This document shows positions 25,912 through 39,300 of a stretch of 64,000 nucleotides of DNA, piece after piece (position 1 is the stretch's first letter; each line of letters starts with the position of its first letter). A model generated the notes under the pieces. The model worked only from the letters and a program-made list of their open reading frames with translations. It ran no database searches and was not told the origin of the DNA. The position numbers were made by a program, and so were the translations under genes. The DNA comes from Auanema rhodensis (Eukaryota; Animalia; Nematoda). The stretch covers positions 5,828,001 to 5,892,000 of the forward strand of contig OZ059899.1 in the NCBI GenBank assembly GCA_964057225.1. Direction: 5' to 3'.

Positions 25912-27821
25912 ATGATTGAGCTCAATTGGTCAAATATACCTATATCATTACTTCAACATATCTATAGCTTACTTGAAATTAAAAATCGTGGAAGATGTTC
26001 GCAGGTAAATTAAATGTTTCATATTTATATATTATATAAATTATATATTATAATTAATTTTAAAAATAATATTATTGAAGGTTTGTCGTCACTGGTATTA
26101 TGTATTTGAAACTGATTATCCTTGGAAAAAATTTATTTTTCGTGATCATTTGCTTGTTCGACGAAGATTCACCCAGCATAATGGATGGCAATATGCTTTA
26201 GATCATATGAGATTAAGGTTTAATTTATATATAAATTAATAAATTGTTTATTATATATTTTAGAATGGTTGTACCATTACTTATACATAGATGGAGAGAA
26301 TTAATATTTGAACCTGTAGAAAATATATTTAATTTATATGAATTTATGATGAAATTAGCTCATTATAGTGAATATCAGGAAAGGTATAGATAATTTAATA
26401 TTTATTTTATAATAATTAATTTATAATTAAGATTCACTAAAGTTAATCCACTTAAATCCGTTAGAAAGTTTGAGTTTTCGTGGAAGTTACAAGTCCAGAC
26501 CAATGACCGTCTTGGCAATGTTGAAGAAATGGTATTATACGTTTCAGTTTTTATAGAGTTATAACAAGTATTATTTTAAAGGAAATTGGAACTGGAGGAG
26601 AAATTTTAAGATCTCTAATAGAATTATTAAATAATTTATCTGGTCTTAAAAAGCTTCACATTCGTGATTTACAGTTAAGCTATATGGATGCTGAATTATT
26701 TCTAGCAGAGGTCAGACTATATTTTCATATTTTCAATTAAAAAATGTTTTTTTTTTTGCAGATTTTAGAATTATTTCAAGAAAAATTAGTATATTTGTCA
26801 TTAATAAATATAACACGTCATTATAATAATAATTTTATTCATATAGGATTATTTGTAAATTTAAGATCTCTTGATATATCATGTGATTTATTAAATGATA
26901 CAGTTATAATATTATTAGCTGATTTAAAATTATTAGCTAAAATAAAAATTATTCAGGTAAATTATATATAAATATAAATCTTATAATATAATATATTTAG
27001 GATGAAAAATGTGATGGAAATGAATATACATTTAGCTATTCAAGTTGGAGAGATTTTAAAAAAGCAAATCGCAATAAAACACAAATTACTCTTGTAATGA
27101 GAGGTTAATTATATATTATTTAAAATTAAAATAATAACTATTTACTATTATAGGTAAATGTAAACGAAGCATGATAATCCAACCATATGCTCCTGTATCA
27201 ACTATAATATGGGAAAGACAATGTGGAAGTTTAACTGATGATTTAAGTGAATCGGTATAATTTATATAATAAGACTTTTTTTTAAAATATATTGTTATAG
27301 ATAATTACTAATTATTCTTTAACTTTAAAAAAATTTGTTCAAGTTGGATTAGAGAGGCATAAACGTAATAATCATGTTTCTGAACGTATAGATAAGGCGT
27401 TAGTAAATTTATTTATAAGGTAACTATATATATATAATTAAAATAACAAATCTTCTTGAAAAAAAACATTATAGATGTTCAAATTTGGAATATTTATCTA
27501 TTCGTGAACGTATGTCTAATGGAACAGCATTAATCATAGCATTGTTAGCAGCAAATCGTCAATGTATTATTCATTTCCGGAAAAACGCTTTACTTAAGAG
27601 GGTATTTGAATTAGAAACAAAGTTTATTTAACTATATTAATTATATTTATTTATAGTTATCATGGACATCAATTGAAATACATCATTTACCTATTGATAT
27701 TAATATAAAATGGATTAAAGCTATTTCACATGATTATGATAAAACATTTAATGAAATATCAAAAATAACTAAATCAACAAGAAGTATATTAAATGATAAA
27801 TTGTATATTGATTATATTTAA
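25912..27821 (+). CDS. F-box/LRR protein, FBXO39-like
   Basis: F-box WSNIPISLLQHIYSLLEIKNRGRCSQVCRHW followed by WKKFIFRDHLLVRRRFTQHNGWQYALDHMR, GTGGEIL, LRR-like repeats, LSIRERMSNGTALIIA and HFRKNALLKR. Many short in-frame introns; TAA 27819-27821. Confidence 0.85.
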
Positions 27822-27875
27822 TTATTTAATAAACATTTATATTTTTCTATTTATTTTCATATATATATATAGTAA

Positions 27876-28652
27876 TGTATAAATTATATTATTCATTACT
27901 ATATACTATCTTCTATATATTCTTATTTTGTATAGTATATTTGCCATTTTTTTTGTCGTTTCTTATCTAAATAATTGACCTATTTTACCTTCTTTTTTTT
28001 AGTTTCCCGCCATACCAATGGCATGATTACCCAATGGCTATACTTGCTCTTGACCTACCACTAGGAGCTAGGTCATACCGCCCACTCTGGCGCCATCTGA
28101 GGACTATATAAGGAGTGATAGATCAACTTGTAATCACATCACTTCTATTCATCATATCTGCCTTCGTATCCTATTTACTATCTTTAGTATAATAGTAATA
28201 GTTCTATAATAATATTTTATAGAATTATTCGATATAGCTTATATGAATTTTCAAAGGTTCTTCGTGCTGCTGGCCTTGCCCCTTTACTCCCTTCGTCTTA
28301 TATTATGAATAATTTTAATTATTATAATAATGATTAAGTTAATAATCATTAAATATAGTTAAAAACTATTTTTTTATCATATGTACACTCTTAAAGTTTT
28401 TTCTTCCCAGTCCTTGCCTTCCAGGATGACCTAGATATTGTCGTTCATTTCCTTGAGGTTAGCTCCGCCTCTTACTAGCCCCGCCTCTAATAATGATGGT
28501 CGATCTCTAGTTGGTCAGTCATTCATTGTGGTTCTGTCCACGAGTAGCATCGTCCAACATTTCTATATTCTATTCCAACCCTTCCTCCTGTTCATAAAGT
28601 CTCGTGGATGTTACTGCGGTAGATATTATTAAGTATTATCACCGGGTATACA
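27876..28652 (+). mobile_element. Possible solo-LTR-like insertion between two convergent genes
   Basis: Locally GC-richer blocks, a TATATAAG near 28105 and TGTATA...TATACA candidate ends. No TSD or coding signature was found. Confidence 0.2.
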
Positions 28653-28771
28653 TTCATCAAACTTTTTGAGCAATACATATCCTAATAAATTATAATGTTA
28701 TATAATAAATATAATAGAAAAATAATTTATATAATAACTATATATATATATAGTTAAAAACAATAATATTT

Positions 28772-31045
28772 TTATAGAAATAATTTGAAACAAAATGCCA
28801 TAATGATAACGGATGCATATTGAATAGAAGATTTGGCTTTAGTTGTCAATTCTAGTGTTGCTGATGTTGGCACACTATTAGTTGATCCTTTCGTTACAAT
28901 ATTATTAGATGTTGTACCTGTGGAAGAGCATGGAGATGGTGTGCTAGTGGTGCTTTCTAAATTTGGAGCTCCAGATGTAGAAGAATCCACATCGAATGGT
29001 AGTGGCATGCTGTAGTTCATGTTATTGATGAAGTTATAGAACATTTGAAGTGATTCTTTAGGTTTTTCAGCAGAACTGGAGGCAAAGTGACCAGCATTTC
29101 GAATTGTAAGGAAGTCAAGTCCTGAAGAATTGTGATGTTACTTCATTTAGATTTTGATATATTTAGAGTATAAGTTATAACTCTCTTTCTTAGAATAGAT
29201 TGTATTATTGTCAATAGATAATAGAATAATTAGAATGACATGACCGTGAATGTGATATCTATATCAGATCATCTTATACTATTTTCTCTCATTCACTTGG
29301 ATCTGGTAAGGTTTTTTTTATTATATTCTAGTATTAATTTCTGATTTTTTGGATGTTTGCTCGAGCGTTTGACAAGGGAGGCAGAATGAAGCATTGCTAA
29401 GATGTGAACAGAGCTTGGGATTATCTTTTAGAGGTCAATCACAGAAAAAATGAATGAGAGATAAAGAGAGTGGGATAGATAATATAACACGAGACAATGT
29501 GTCTATAAAGAGACTGTTGAGAGCAATAGAGCAAAGAAGTAGCTCCGGAGGTCAAAACGATCTACTGTTCTTCTTCTCTTCTAAAACAGTCCAGCAGATT
29601 GAGAAAAAAGCGTTTAGAGGGAACGGATAGAAAGTGAGTGCCAGAAGGTCAGTGAGGAAGCAGCAGTTAGATGTTTTCTAGGTAATACGCCAGGCTTTCA
29701 TTCAGCTTCTAAAGAGATATAACAAAAGGTTAATTATAGGAATTCTGCTACATCAAAAATGATAGAAACAGAATACATAGAGAGTATAGACGATAAGACA
29801 GTAAGACAGAGGGAAATAGGTTATGAGCATTGGTTATATCATATTGCGCAATTGCAGGAGGTCGTCAGCTAAATAATAGAAATACACATCTAACATTAAG
29901 AGAGTAGAATAATGCGGAAAATACAAAACATAGTATGTAGCTAGGTCATCTGCAAGAGCAAATATTTTTTCTTTGTCTTTCTCTTTTTTTTTCTAATCGA
30001 TGAATTAAAGAAAAGAAATATGTATATTACCCTTATATCTTGTGAGCATTCCAATACTAGGGGGAAGTTGTGTGTTATCTACCCATTGAGATTCATTAGA
30101 TACCTGTATTAAAAAAATATTTATGAATATAAAAATGAAATATGTTGAACCTTATCCAAGTTTAAGTTTGAGATGAATTCAGCATTATGAACATGATTAC
30201 AAACTGAATCTACATCACCATTGAAGAATAAAACCTAAATATATATATTATATCTATATTATTTATAAATTAATATTCATATGTTATGAACATAAGCAAC
30301 CGTTTTTCTTATTTTCATATTCAAAAATAAATAATGTAAAATCTTAAAATACGTGGAATTTCACGTAAAATATAATGTAATACATACTCTAACATTAGCA
30401 TTAACTACAGCTAAAACGTTATGATGTTGGTTTTCATAATGAGTTTTTTTAATATCCAAATCATACTGATTAACAACATTTGAACTGAAATAAATAATTA
30501 TTTGTTATAATTAAATATAATTAGTAACGACGAACTTGCATGGCTCGAATTGTGGAACAGATTGGGGAATTCTTAGAGCATGTCTCACTTCAGGTTTTCT
30601 AAGATATACAACAGTATCATTATAATGAGCACATGATGGAAGACTCTGAAATTATGTATGTATAGTTAACTATATGTAATAGTATAACAATACCGTATCA
30701 AGCAATTTTGAATTGCGTATACGAAGTTGACGATGTAAAGCTGCGGATTGTGCATTCATGTTAATAGCTTCAAATGGATCATATGTTTTCAAGTAACATG
30801 AAAATGAGATGAAATATGGATCCACCCCAGCATAGAAATTAGCTGATATAATATAATCAGCCTAATATAAATTATAATAAATATATAAAATCTTCATCTC
30901 ACCTCATCATGGCAAGGATGATCTTTGTTTTGAATCATAGAGTAGTAATCACATGGCTTATCTAATGTAGCCTGTGGACAACATTTAGCGTTTATATCAC
31001 GATATAATCTAAAATAATATTAATATATATATATTTAACTATATT

Positions 31046-31101
<56 letters not shown>

Positions 31102-32163
31102 AGCATCAATAAATCCATGATTATAATTGAATCCAGCTAAGCTATTAGTATTAAGTTGTTCATCAACACATCCATTACCAACCATCATTCCCTCAAATAA
31201 TTTCATTTTAATTTTATAAAAATTTTTAATAATTACTTTGAATTTATTCTTAAAATCAGTATCGTTTACAAGAAGAGCTGATAACATTGGTACATAAGTT
31301 CCTCCGTATGATTCTCCAGAAACATAGAAATCATTACCTTTTCTCTCAGGGAATTTCTGAAAATTTAATAGAAAATTAATCGGAATACTCGGATTAACTT
31401 TTAAATTTTAAAATTATTAATATAAAAATCATTAAATCATTTTGATAAGAATATATTTGTATTTTATCTTAAAGTATAAGGGATGGTTCACAGATTATAT
31501 ACACATATACATGTATACTACTAAATATACATTTATACAACTTTAATCTGTTTCATTTCATTACCTCAAACCATTTTTTCAATGCAGCATGATTATCAAT
31601 AGCAACTTCATCATCAGTATAATTCCATTTTGATTTATCATCAGTACGGATAGAAAATCCTACACCAGCTGGAGCATCCATGTATATGATATTCGCATAC
31701 TGTAACACGATTTTATTGGTTTAAAACAAAGATTATGTTAAATACTCGATTCCATGTAAAAGTATTACGATAGATTGTTTCTCCAAACTGTACAGCTCTA
31801 AAGAAGTAAACAAAAATTAGATTTAAGTGAATATATGAGAGGAAGTACCTGAGAGGTCCCATCTCTTCGAATAAACCAGTAATTGACGAACAACCTGGTC
31901 CACCATTTAACCACAAAACAACAGGATCGTTGGCTGGATCATTTTCTGATTCAACATACCTGCAGATATCGAAAACAAAAGTTTATAATTAATGTAAACA
32001 ATTTGTACCAATAATATAAAGATTTGACATCACTAATATCAAGATATCCCGAATAGTGAGCTGATTTCAAATCTTCTGTCAGGTTTGGCAAATTGAGAAC
32101 TCTTTCCTCTTCTGGAGCAGCTACAGCTAATGCAGCCAAAAGAGAGAGAATAAACCACTTCAT
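28772..32163 (-). CDS. Serine carboxypeptidase (peptidase S10, cathepsin A-like) with Ser/Thr-rich tail and GPI-like signal
   Basis: Signal peptide [15 protein letters not shown], then [27 protein letters not shown], catalytic Ser in [17 protein letters not shown], Asp in FNGDVDSVC and His in IRNAGHF. It ends in a Ser/Thr-rich tail and [15 protein letters not shown]. Confidence 0.95.
31053..31098. repeat. (TA)n microsatellite in a carboxypeptidase intron
   Basis: Direct reading. Confidence 0.95.
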
Positions 32164-32350
32164 AGTGGAACTAAAAATTAAAATATAAATATATATAATA
32201 TTATAATAAATAAAAATATAAATCATGAGTATTGTATGAGTAATTCGATATACATCATAATGAAGATATGGTTATATTTAAAAAATTTTCTACTAATGAA
32301 ACTTAGAATTTAGTTTTAATATCACAGATAACCAGTAACAGATCAAATAC

Positions 32351-32384
32351 TTTTATACTTGTTCACGAAGCCTTGTACTGATAA
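32351..32384 (-). promoter_or_regulatory. Candidate gut-type promoter of the carboxypeptidase (TATA box plus GATA site)
   Basis: TATAAAA on - at 32351-32357 and ACTGATAA (ELT-2-type GATA site) at 32377-32384, ~190-220 bp upstream of the ATG. Confidence 0.4.
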
Positions 32385-33032
32385 AGAAAAGCCGATTGAA
32401 GTATTTTCTAGCTATGATACATTCGCAAATTGAACTTTGAATTCGTATAGCAATCAGATTATTAAACATATGATGTAATCATACTCATACTTTTAAAGAA
32501 AAAAAGAACTGTATCGTTTCTTTTTCATATATGATGATTAATATTAAAAATTATGAAATATTATATTATAATTATAATATAATATAAAATGAATCATTTG
32601 AATTATTATGATAAATATTAAAAAATAGTTTAAAAATAATTATTTTATTATAAAAAAAAAGGAAAAAAAAACAAGAAAAGAAAGATAAGAAATAATAATA
32701 ATAAAATTAAAGTTTTATGATATTTATTTTATAATAACTATATAAGAAATTATAATTATTATAAGCCTAATTAGACCGTGTTTTTTATAATAACCGCACT
32801 ATATTATGTGTATGTATCTATTCTTTTAAATAAACATTTTGTTTTTTAATATATTAATAATAATAAAAAAAATGTAGAAAAGAAGGATAATGAAAAGCTT
32901 GAAATGAACAAAGACATGTGAAAGGTATGAAGGTCGATGAAATGCTTCAGAAAGCTTATAACTAACTATGAACAAAATAAATTTCTTTTTCTTTAAATTT
33001 AGATGAAAAGATGATGAAATTCAAAATTTCAT

Positions 33033-33489
33033 TTAAATTTCATTGGATGAATGCTCAGTAAAATCTACAGCTGAATGATGTTCCTTATCTATCTCAGAGG
33101 AATTACTCTTCTTACGCTCTCTTCCCAATGAATGTCTTCTTTCAAACCTGTAAGAATATTATATTTTTATCAAAGACTATACGTCTAAGCGTATAAGTGA
33201 ATATCTTGTTCCTGAACCAACCTTCCCAAGCTTTTTCCTAATCTTCGACTTATATTTCGGCTGATAACATACCTATAAGGATGACATATTAAATAATTCA
33301 TTTTTGTAAAACATTCAAATATGTAAAGTGAAACAAGGAAATATTAAACCTTCTGGATGATGGATGATGATCTACAGCAAGTGAGACGTCACCAGATTCC
33401 TCAGGATACGCTAATGGAGCCATGATGGAGCATTTTGTTGTTGAAACAACTTTTCCATGTCGACGTAATGGTTTACGAAGCATAGCCGC
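33033..33489 (-). CDS. dgk-1: Alternative distal 3' terminal exons of dgk-1 (isoform B)
   Basis: Acceptor TTTAG|GCG at 33489 is in phase with the SALK donor at 37339. Reads AAMLRKPLRRHGKVVSTTKCS...HHPSSR / (YVI)SRNISRRLGKSLGR / FERRHSLGRERKKSNSSEIDKEHHSAVDFTEHSSNEI*. Confidence 0.7.
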
Positions 33490-36314
33490 CTAAATAAAGA
33501 AATAGTTGTTTAAGACGGAATGTAGAATTGCTGATGAAGATGATGTTGATGATGATGATGATGAAGATGCCGAAGAAGTTTGAAAGCTCTGGGGCATACT
33601 GATTAAACAAACTTCAATGTTCTTTTATCTTTTTTTTTTCAAACAAATAACTGCATAGTTAATATAATTAAATGAAAAAAAAACGGATTTATTACGAATA
33701 GATCTTTATATATAATACACGGAAATAATTCTCTTTGTGTTTTCTTTGCAAGTACAACACCAACAAAACATTTCTTTGTGGTATCTACATGGAACAAATT
33801 TCAAATTCAGAATGTATGATTTACAACAAATATTTTCTAAAACGTATTCGAAAGACGGAACTGCGATAATCAGTGATTACATCCATGGGAGGAATTTCCG
33901 CTTATGAAATTTATGTTGCTTTTGTATTTTTGAGTAAATTGGGCAAATACATTTTTTTATGAATAATCAAAAGGAAAAAAAGTTTTTTTTCCTTTTTTTG
34001 TGCATTGGAGCCGTTCTTCAAACAGATAACCTTAATCTTCATCATTTGGAAGATTCAGGTAGAAAAAATAAAATAATACTAAATAATAAGAATAAGAAAA
34101 ATCCGTCATAGACCTTTGATCTTTAATTGATGATGAAGAAATTGGAATAGTTTCAACATCTTCAATCTCTGTGGTCACTCTATTTAAAGGTTTTCTTATT
34201 TCTTTCAACTGCGATAAAGCAGTAACAGCAATATCAGCAGAAAAGACGAAGAAAACTTTGGCAAGAAAATGATTGAAAATGCTTTATCTTTTCAAAAGAA
34301 TTAAATATTTCTTTTGTAAAAGAAGCTTAATTTATGTTAAATTTCTATATGTCTAATTTGCAATATAACTGTTGAATGAATTGAATTATATATGTAAGAA
34401 TGATTTTTTGAAAGATGTTTGCAGAAATATTATATAAAAAACAGAGGTAAATTAGGAGTAAAGGTCATAATAATTTATTATCGGAATGATGATTTGAAAT
34501 TATATATATATATTTATATTTATATTATTATATAAATATAAATATATAGTTATGAGAAGAGAAATGCCGAAAGATGAAATAGTTTGAAGGAATGGGAGAG
34601 GCTTGAGGGAGAAAAGGGAATCCAGAATGGAGGAAGAAATAGAAAAGAAAGAAATAATAGTATAAAAATGAAAAAAACTTGAAACTAATCGTTGACTTTA
34701 TGTGAATTGAATAATAAAAACAAATGACATTGGCTCTGATAATTTCATATTTTTTTATCAAAAAAATTACATTTTATTTTGCAATTGAGTAGTATAGTTC
34801 GGAAAAATGATCGGTCCCCAAAAAAAAATGGTCAAAAGCCCCGTGCCCCCATAAAACCCTTCTCAAATGCATGAACTTGGATGAAGTGTTAGTGAACTTT
34901 TTGTGTGTTAATCGAAAATATTTTGATTAGCAAGGTATAGGTAATACCAGGATTATATTCCGTACAAGCTCATCTGAGATGTGAGTGCCATGGCAAGTTA
35001 AAATTTACTGAGAGCAAAATAAAAATGTTGAAAATGAAAATGCCGTTTGTATAGAATAGAAATTGGAATAAAAAAAATCAAAAAGCTGCAAAAATAGAAT
35101 ATGTGTCCAAAAACAATTTGGCATCATATTCTGTAGTATTGAAGAGCGAGGAACTAGAAATATGCGAGTATACCTCTCACCCTTCAGAAAGGCATGAATA
35201 TCAACGTCAACCCGATATCACTAGCCGATGGTGATTCACGTAAAATCACGTGTACGTGAATAATAACTATTCATTTTTTAATTTATGTGAATAGTAACGT
35301 AAGACATTCAACAGCTGTATGACTCTGGTATCGACTAGGCCAAAAAACCTTACTTAGTAAGTACAATGTAAAACAGGAACACTGTTGCCTAACATGGCGG
35401 TTAGTATAGAAAATATGAGAAAACAAAGTTTTAAAATATAGTTAAATGGCGGATAAGTTGCAAGTGGAACTGACATGTTGTTCTTAGCATTTGTGAAGCT
35501 AAACCCAGAATATTTGAGTGAGCTGGTATTAAGAAATAGGAGTAATTAAGAGCTCAACGGGATTTTTAGAAACCGGGATGATAACAGATGGAAAATATTT
35601 CAAAATCGAGGTGAAATTGAAGACAAAAATTTGAAAAAAAAATCATATATATAACTATATATGATGAAAGAGAAATAATATAATTAAAATTTTGTATGAA
35701 ACCAAACGAGCTGAATTGGATGATGGGACGAAATGTCAAAATACAGAGACTAGACGAATACGAGAAAAATGAAGAATAAAAAGAGAGATGTTAGTTATAA
35801 CTGTGATATTTCACAAAATCTATATAGATAGAAATAAAAAGATATGAAATATAAAAAGCTAATAGGCTATGAAAGCTACATAAGGAAGTTTTAAAAAAAA
35901 AAGATTGATGCGCTGTACAAATGCGGTACGAACGAAAAGCAGTACGATATTGAAAATGATGAGGATAATTTAAAATTAGAACATGTTTTAGTATAATCAG
36001 AAGAGGTTTGGATAAAGATGAATAGTAAAACAAGCAAAATAACTGCAATATCTTATATATAGAAATGAATGTTATGTAAAGATAATTTGAAATAACTTGA
36101 AAAAGTAATATTCTTATCTATATGGATATATACACACATTGCAGTCATTTTGATTTTGTTACAATACGATTCAGAAGACATTGTTGAGTTGTTGCGTACT
36201 GTTGTTGATTACATCATTAGCCTCAGCTGCTTGAACATACGGATATGTACATCATTGTCGTATCGTCGTCATCTTCATATTTTACACCGTTATGTTCTGT
36301 ATGTCTATCGTCCA

Positions 36315-39300
36315 TCAGAGAAAGGCGTCGCCTTCCTCATCTGAATCTGCTCCCATGGTTTCTGGAGTTGTTTTGCCTTGGGACGTCTCCACCAATGTTG
36401 ATGGTACCCCCATCTGACCACTGTGTTCGATGGCTCGAGGAACTGGTGTCGTTGTAGTGCCACGTCGAGATTTCTTTGCCTTCTTTAACATCTGCGCCTG
36501 AACAGCCAATAGTTATGAGCACTAAAGCTTAAGCTTAATTTGGACAACAACACCACCACACGGGAGATATCTCAATGTGTGCGTGAGTGTGTAGGCTGAT
36601 TAAGAGGAGAATAAATATAAGAATAAAGCCATTTAAACAAGATTTCTTGTACAAATTTTCCAAAAAAAGCCTTTGAAATTGAGACTGAAAGAGAGCAGCA
36701 ATAGCATTAAAAATGGTTTTTTTTAAATAATTATAATTATATAATATAAAATTATTAATTTAAGTTCAATTTTTCTCACAAAAGCATGAATTGATACAAA
36801 AAAAACAATTTGATCAAGCTTATGGTGCTATTATGACAAAAAAAAGTAATTAAGCTGGATCAAACTGAAATACTTTTTTTTGAATCTACTAAGATTACAA
36901 AAAAAAATAATTCAACTAACAGTGACTTTGATAAAATTATTAAAATATATACTCATGAACTATTTGGAGCGTATTGAAAGCGCTAAAACTACGCACAAAA
37001 ACACGAAAAATCAAAAAAAGCAGAAGACGGGGGAGCAAATCTAATTTTCAGAATTTCCAATAATACAAGCTAAAAGATAGAAAAAAATGCTTGTGCTGCT
37101 AAACGGGTTCGATATCCCGAAAGTGATGTGGTTAGTATTACAGACTGAATAGAGAGAGAGAAAAAAGAAGAGAGAGAGAAATAGAGAGAGAGAAATAAAA
37201 AGAGAGAGAGAGAGAGAAAGGAGAGCACAAGAGAAGTAGAGAGAGAGATAGCGAGAGACAGAGAGAATGAGAGAGAGACAGAGAGAGATTCAAAGAGAAT
37301 ATATTAATAGTTTTGAAAGTAAATGATTAAAGAATTACCTTTAAAGCGGATTTTAAAATAGTAATTGTTCCCGGTGGCTGAATATGAGGTTCACCGTCAA
37401 CTTGTACGGGCCATTCCTCATGTGTTGTAATTCGTATCTGAATAAATATTTACAAATTATATGTTATATATAACTAAAAATTAAGAAAATAATATTCATC
37501 TCTAAAATGCTTACACTTCCACCCTGAGCTATACGAATACCAGCAGCCAACTTGGACTGAATTAAGCCTAACCGCGATACGTCGGGTACACCAACAATCT
37601 ATATGTTTTAACCATGTATACTCTAATATATATTATAATAAATATACTTCTAATAAACCATCATAATGAGTTGGTTTTGAGAAATTGCCGTCTTCTCGAG
37701 ATGTGCCCCATGGATTAGCTCCACTGCCCCAACTGAGAAGATTTAGAATTATAATTCCTTCTATATTTGGTAATTCAATTTGTTTACCATCAACCTATAA
37801 TGAAGAAAGGTACATATATAGTTATAAATGATTTTAAATTTTTGATATATACCTCAAGCTCTATGCGTTTCCATAAGTCCTTACAAGTTCTTTCAAAGAA
37901 CATCTTTTGTAACCCAATTTTAGCATATTGAGTTTTATTAAATAAGCGAGATTGAAATTTCTCGGGATTGGCATCACGCTGTAAAATATTATTAAATTAT
38001 ATATTTACTATGTATACGAGAGAAAATTATAATAACGGAAGCACATACCTTGTTATGGAATTTCAAACAAACATCAGCATCAATTCCGATACCAAAATAA
38101 TTATTCATAATAATCATACTTGTCTGATCTTCAGGATTATTCATTGTCTGATCATTTTCGGATGGATTTCCACAAGAGCTCTAGAATAAGAGCATTTTTA
38201 TAATAATATATGATATAGATTATATATATATATATATGTATATATAGTTACCTGATTGGGAGGCTGACTTCGTTCTTCTTCATGGAAAACTACAGCCCAT
38301 CGATCAAGACGTACTTCATCGGCTTCAATAACATCCTGTAAATTATTAAATATTGTGTTATATCAATGTTATAATTCGTATTATACTTTTAAAATGTCTA
38401 AGGGATTTTCTTCGCCTGTATAGCCACCACCCCAACGAAGGACACGGGCCAGATCATTTCCAGTACCTAAGGGAACAATACCACAAGGTGGTGAGAAGCA
38501 AGCAGCATCCTAAAAATTTAAAAAATTACACATATATGCAATTATTTATTTGAAATCTTTAAATCAAATTGATATTTATAATAAGAAAAAAGGAATGAAA
38601 ACGGATATTGTCTAACCTGCTTAGCAATGTCAAGGCACTGCAGTACCCAGCCAATAGTACCATCTCCACCACAAACCAAAATTCTATATTTGGGAATGTT
38701 ACGAAACACGTAAAGACTAAAATATATATTTATATTTAAAGATATATTATTATAATTTATAATTACCCAACAAGCGGGCCACCCTTGAGAACATCAAAAA
38801 CTTGAAAAGGATTGAGCAATCTTCGGAACGACTGGATAAGTTCAGTTCCTTGACAACCACCGCTTTTTACATTAACCAGTACAAGAAGTGGCTCAGAATC
38901 TGGAGCCACCATATGAGGCTATAATAATAATTATTTATATATGAATATTTAATTAAATAATAATAATTTACCTGTATATTTGGAAGGCATAACACAATAA
39001 GTTTTTTGTCTTCATAAGTAGCTGCTTGTAATTTTTGAACGGCGATGGTAGCAGCCTGAACATTTTATATTTATTTTAATTATATTATTTCCTTATTAAT
39101 ATATGTTAAAAATTAAAAACTGATGATGTATGTAAGTAAATTATCAAAAATAAATATTTGAAATGACGTCAGAATTACGTGAATTTTGAGAAAAACTTAT
39201 GTGATAATCACATGAAAAAGAGTATATAAGACATGATTTATCTCAAAATATTAAAAGAAACAAATAATTTATAATAAATTCAAATATTACCTTTGCTGTA

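Noticed and set aside
33490-33598. Stand-alone gene starting MPQSFQTSSASSSS spliced to the 33489 exon
   Set aside because: It needs a ~27-nt intron, and the Ser run is a (TCA)n repeat. The exon is better explained as a dgk-1 alternative end.
34792-35135. Possible Tc1/mariner-like end fragments
   Set aside because: The two candidate ends are not inverted copies of each other and no transposase remnant is visible.
37103-37120. B-box-like GGGTTCGATATCCCG
   Set aside because: No A-box or cloverleaf around it; not called as tRNA.
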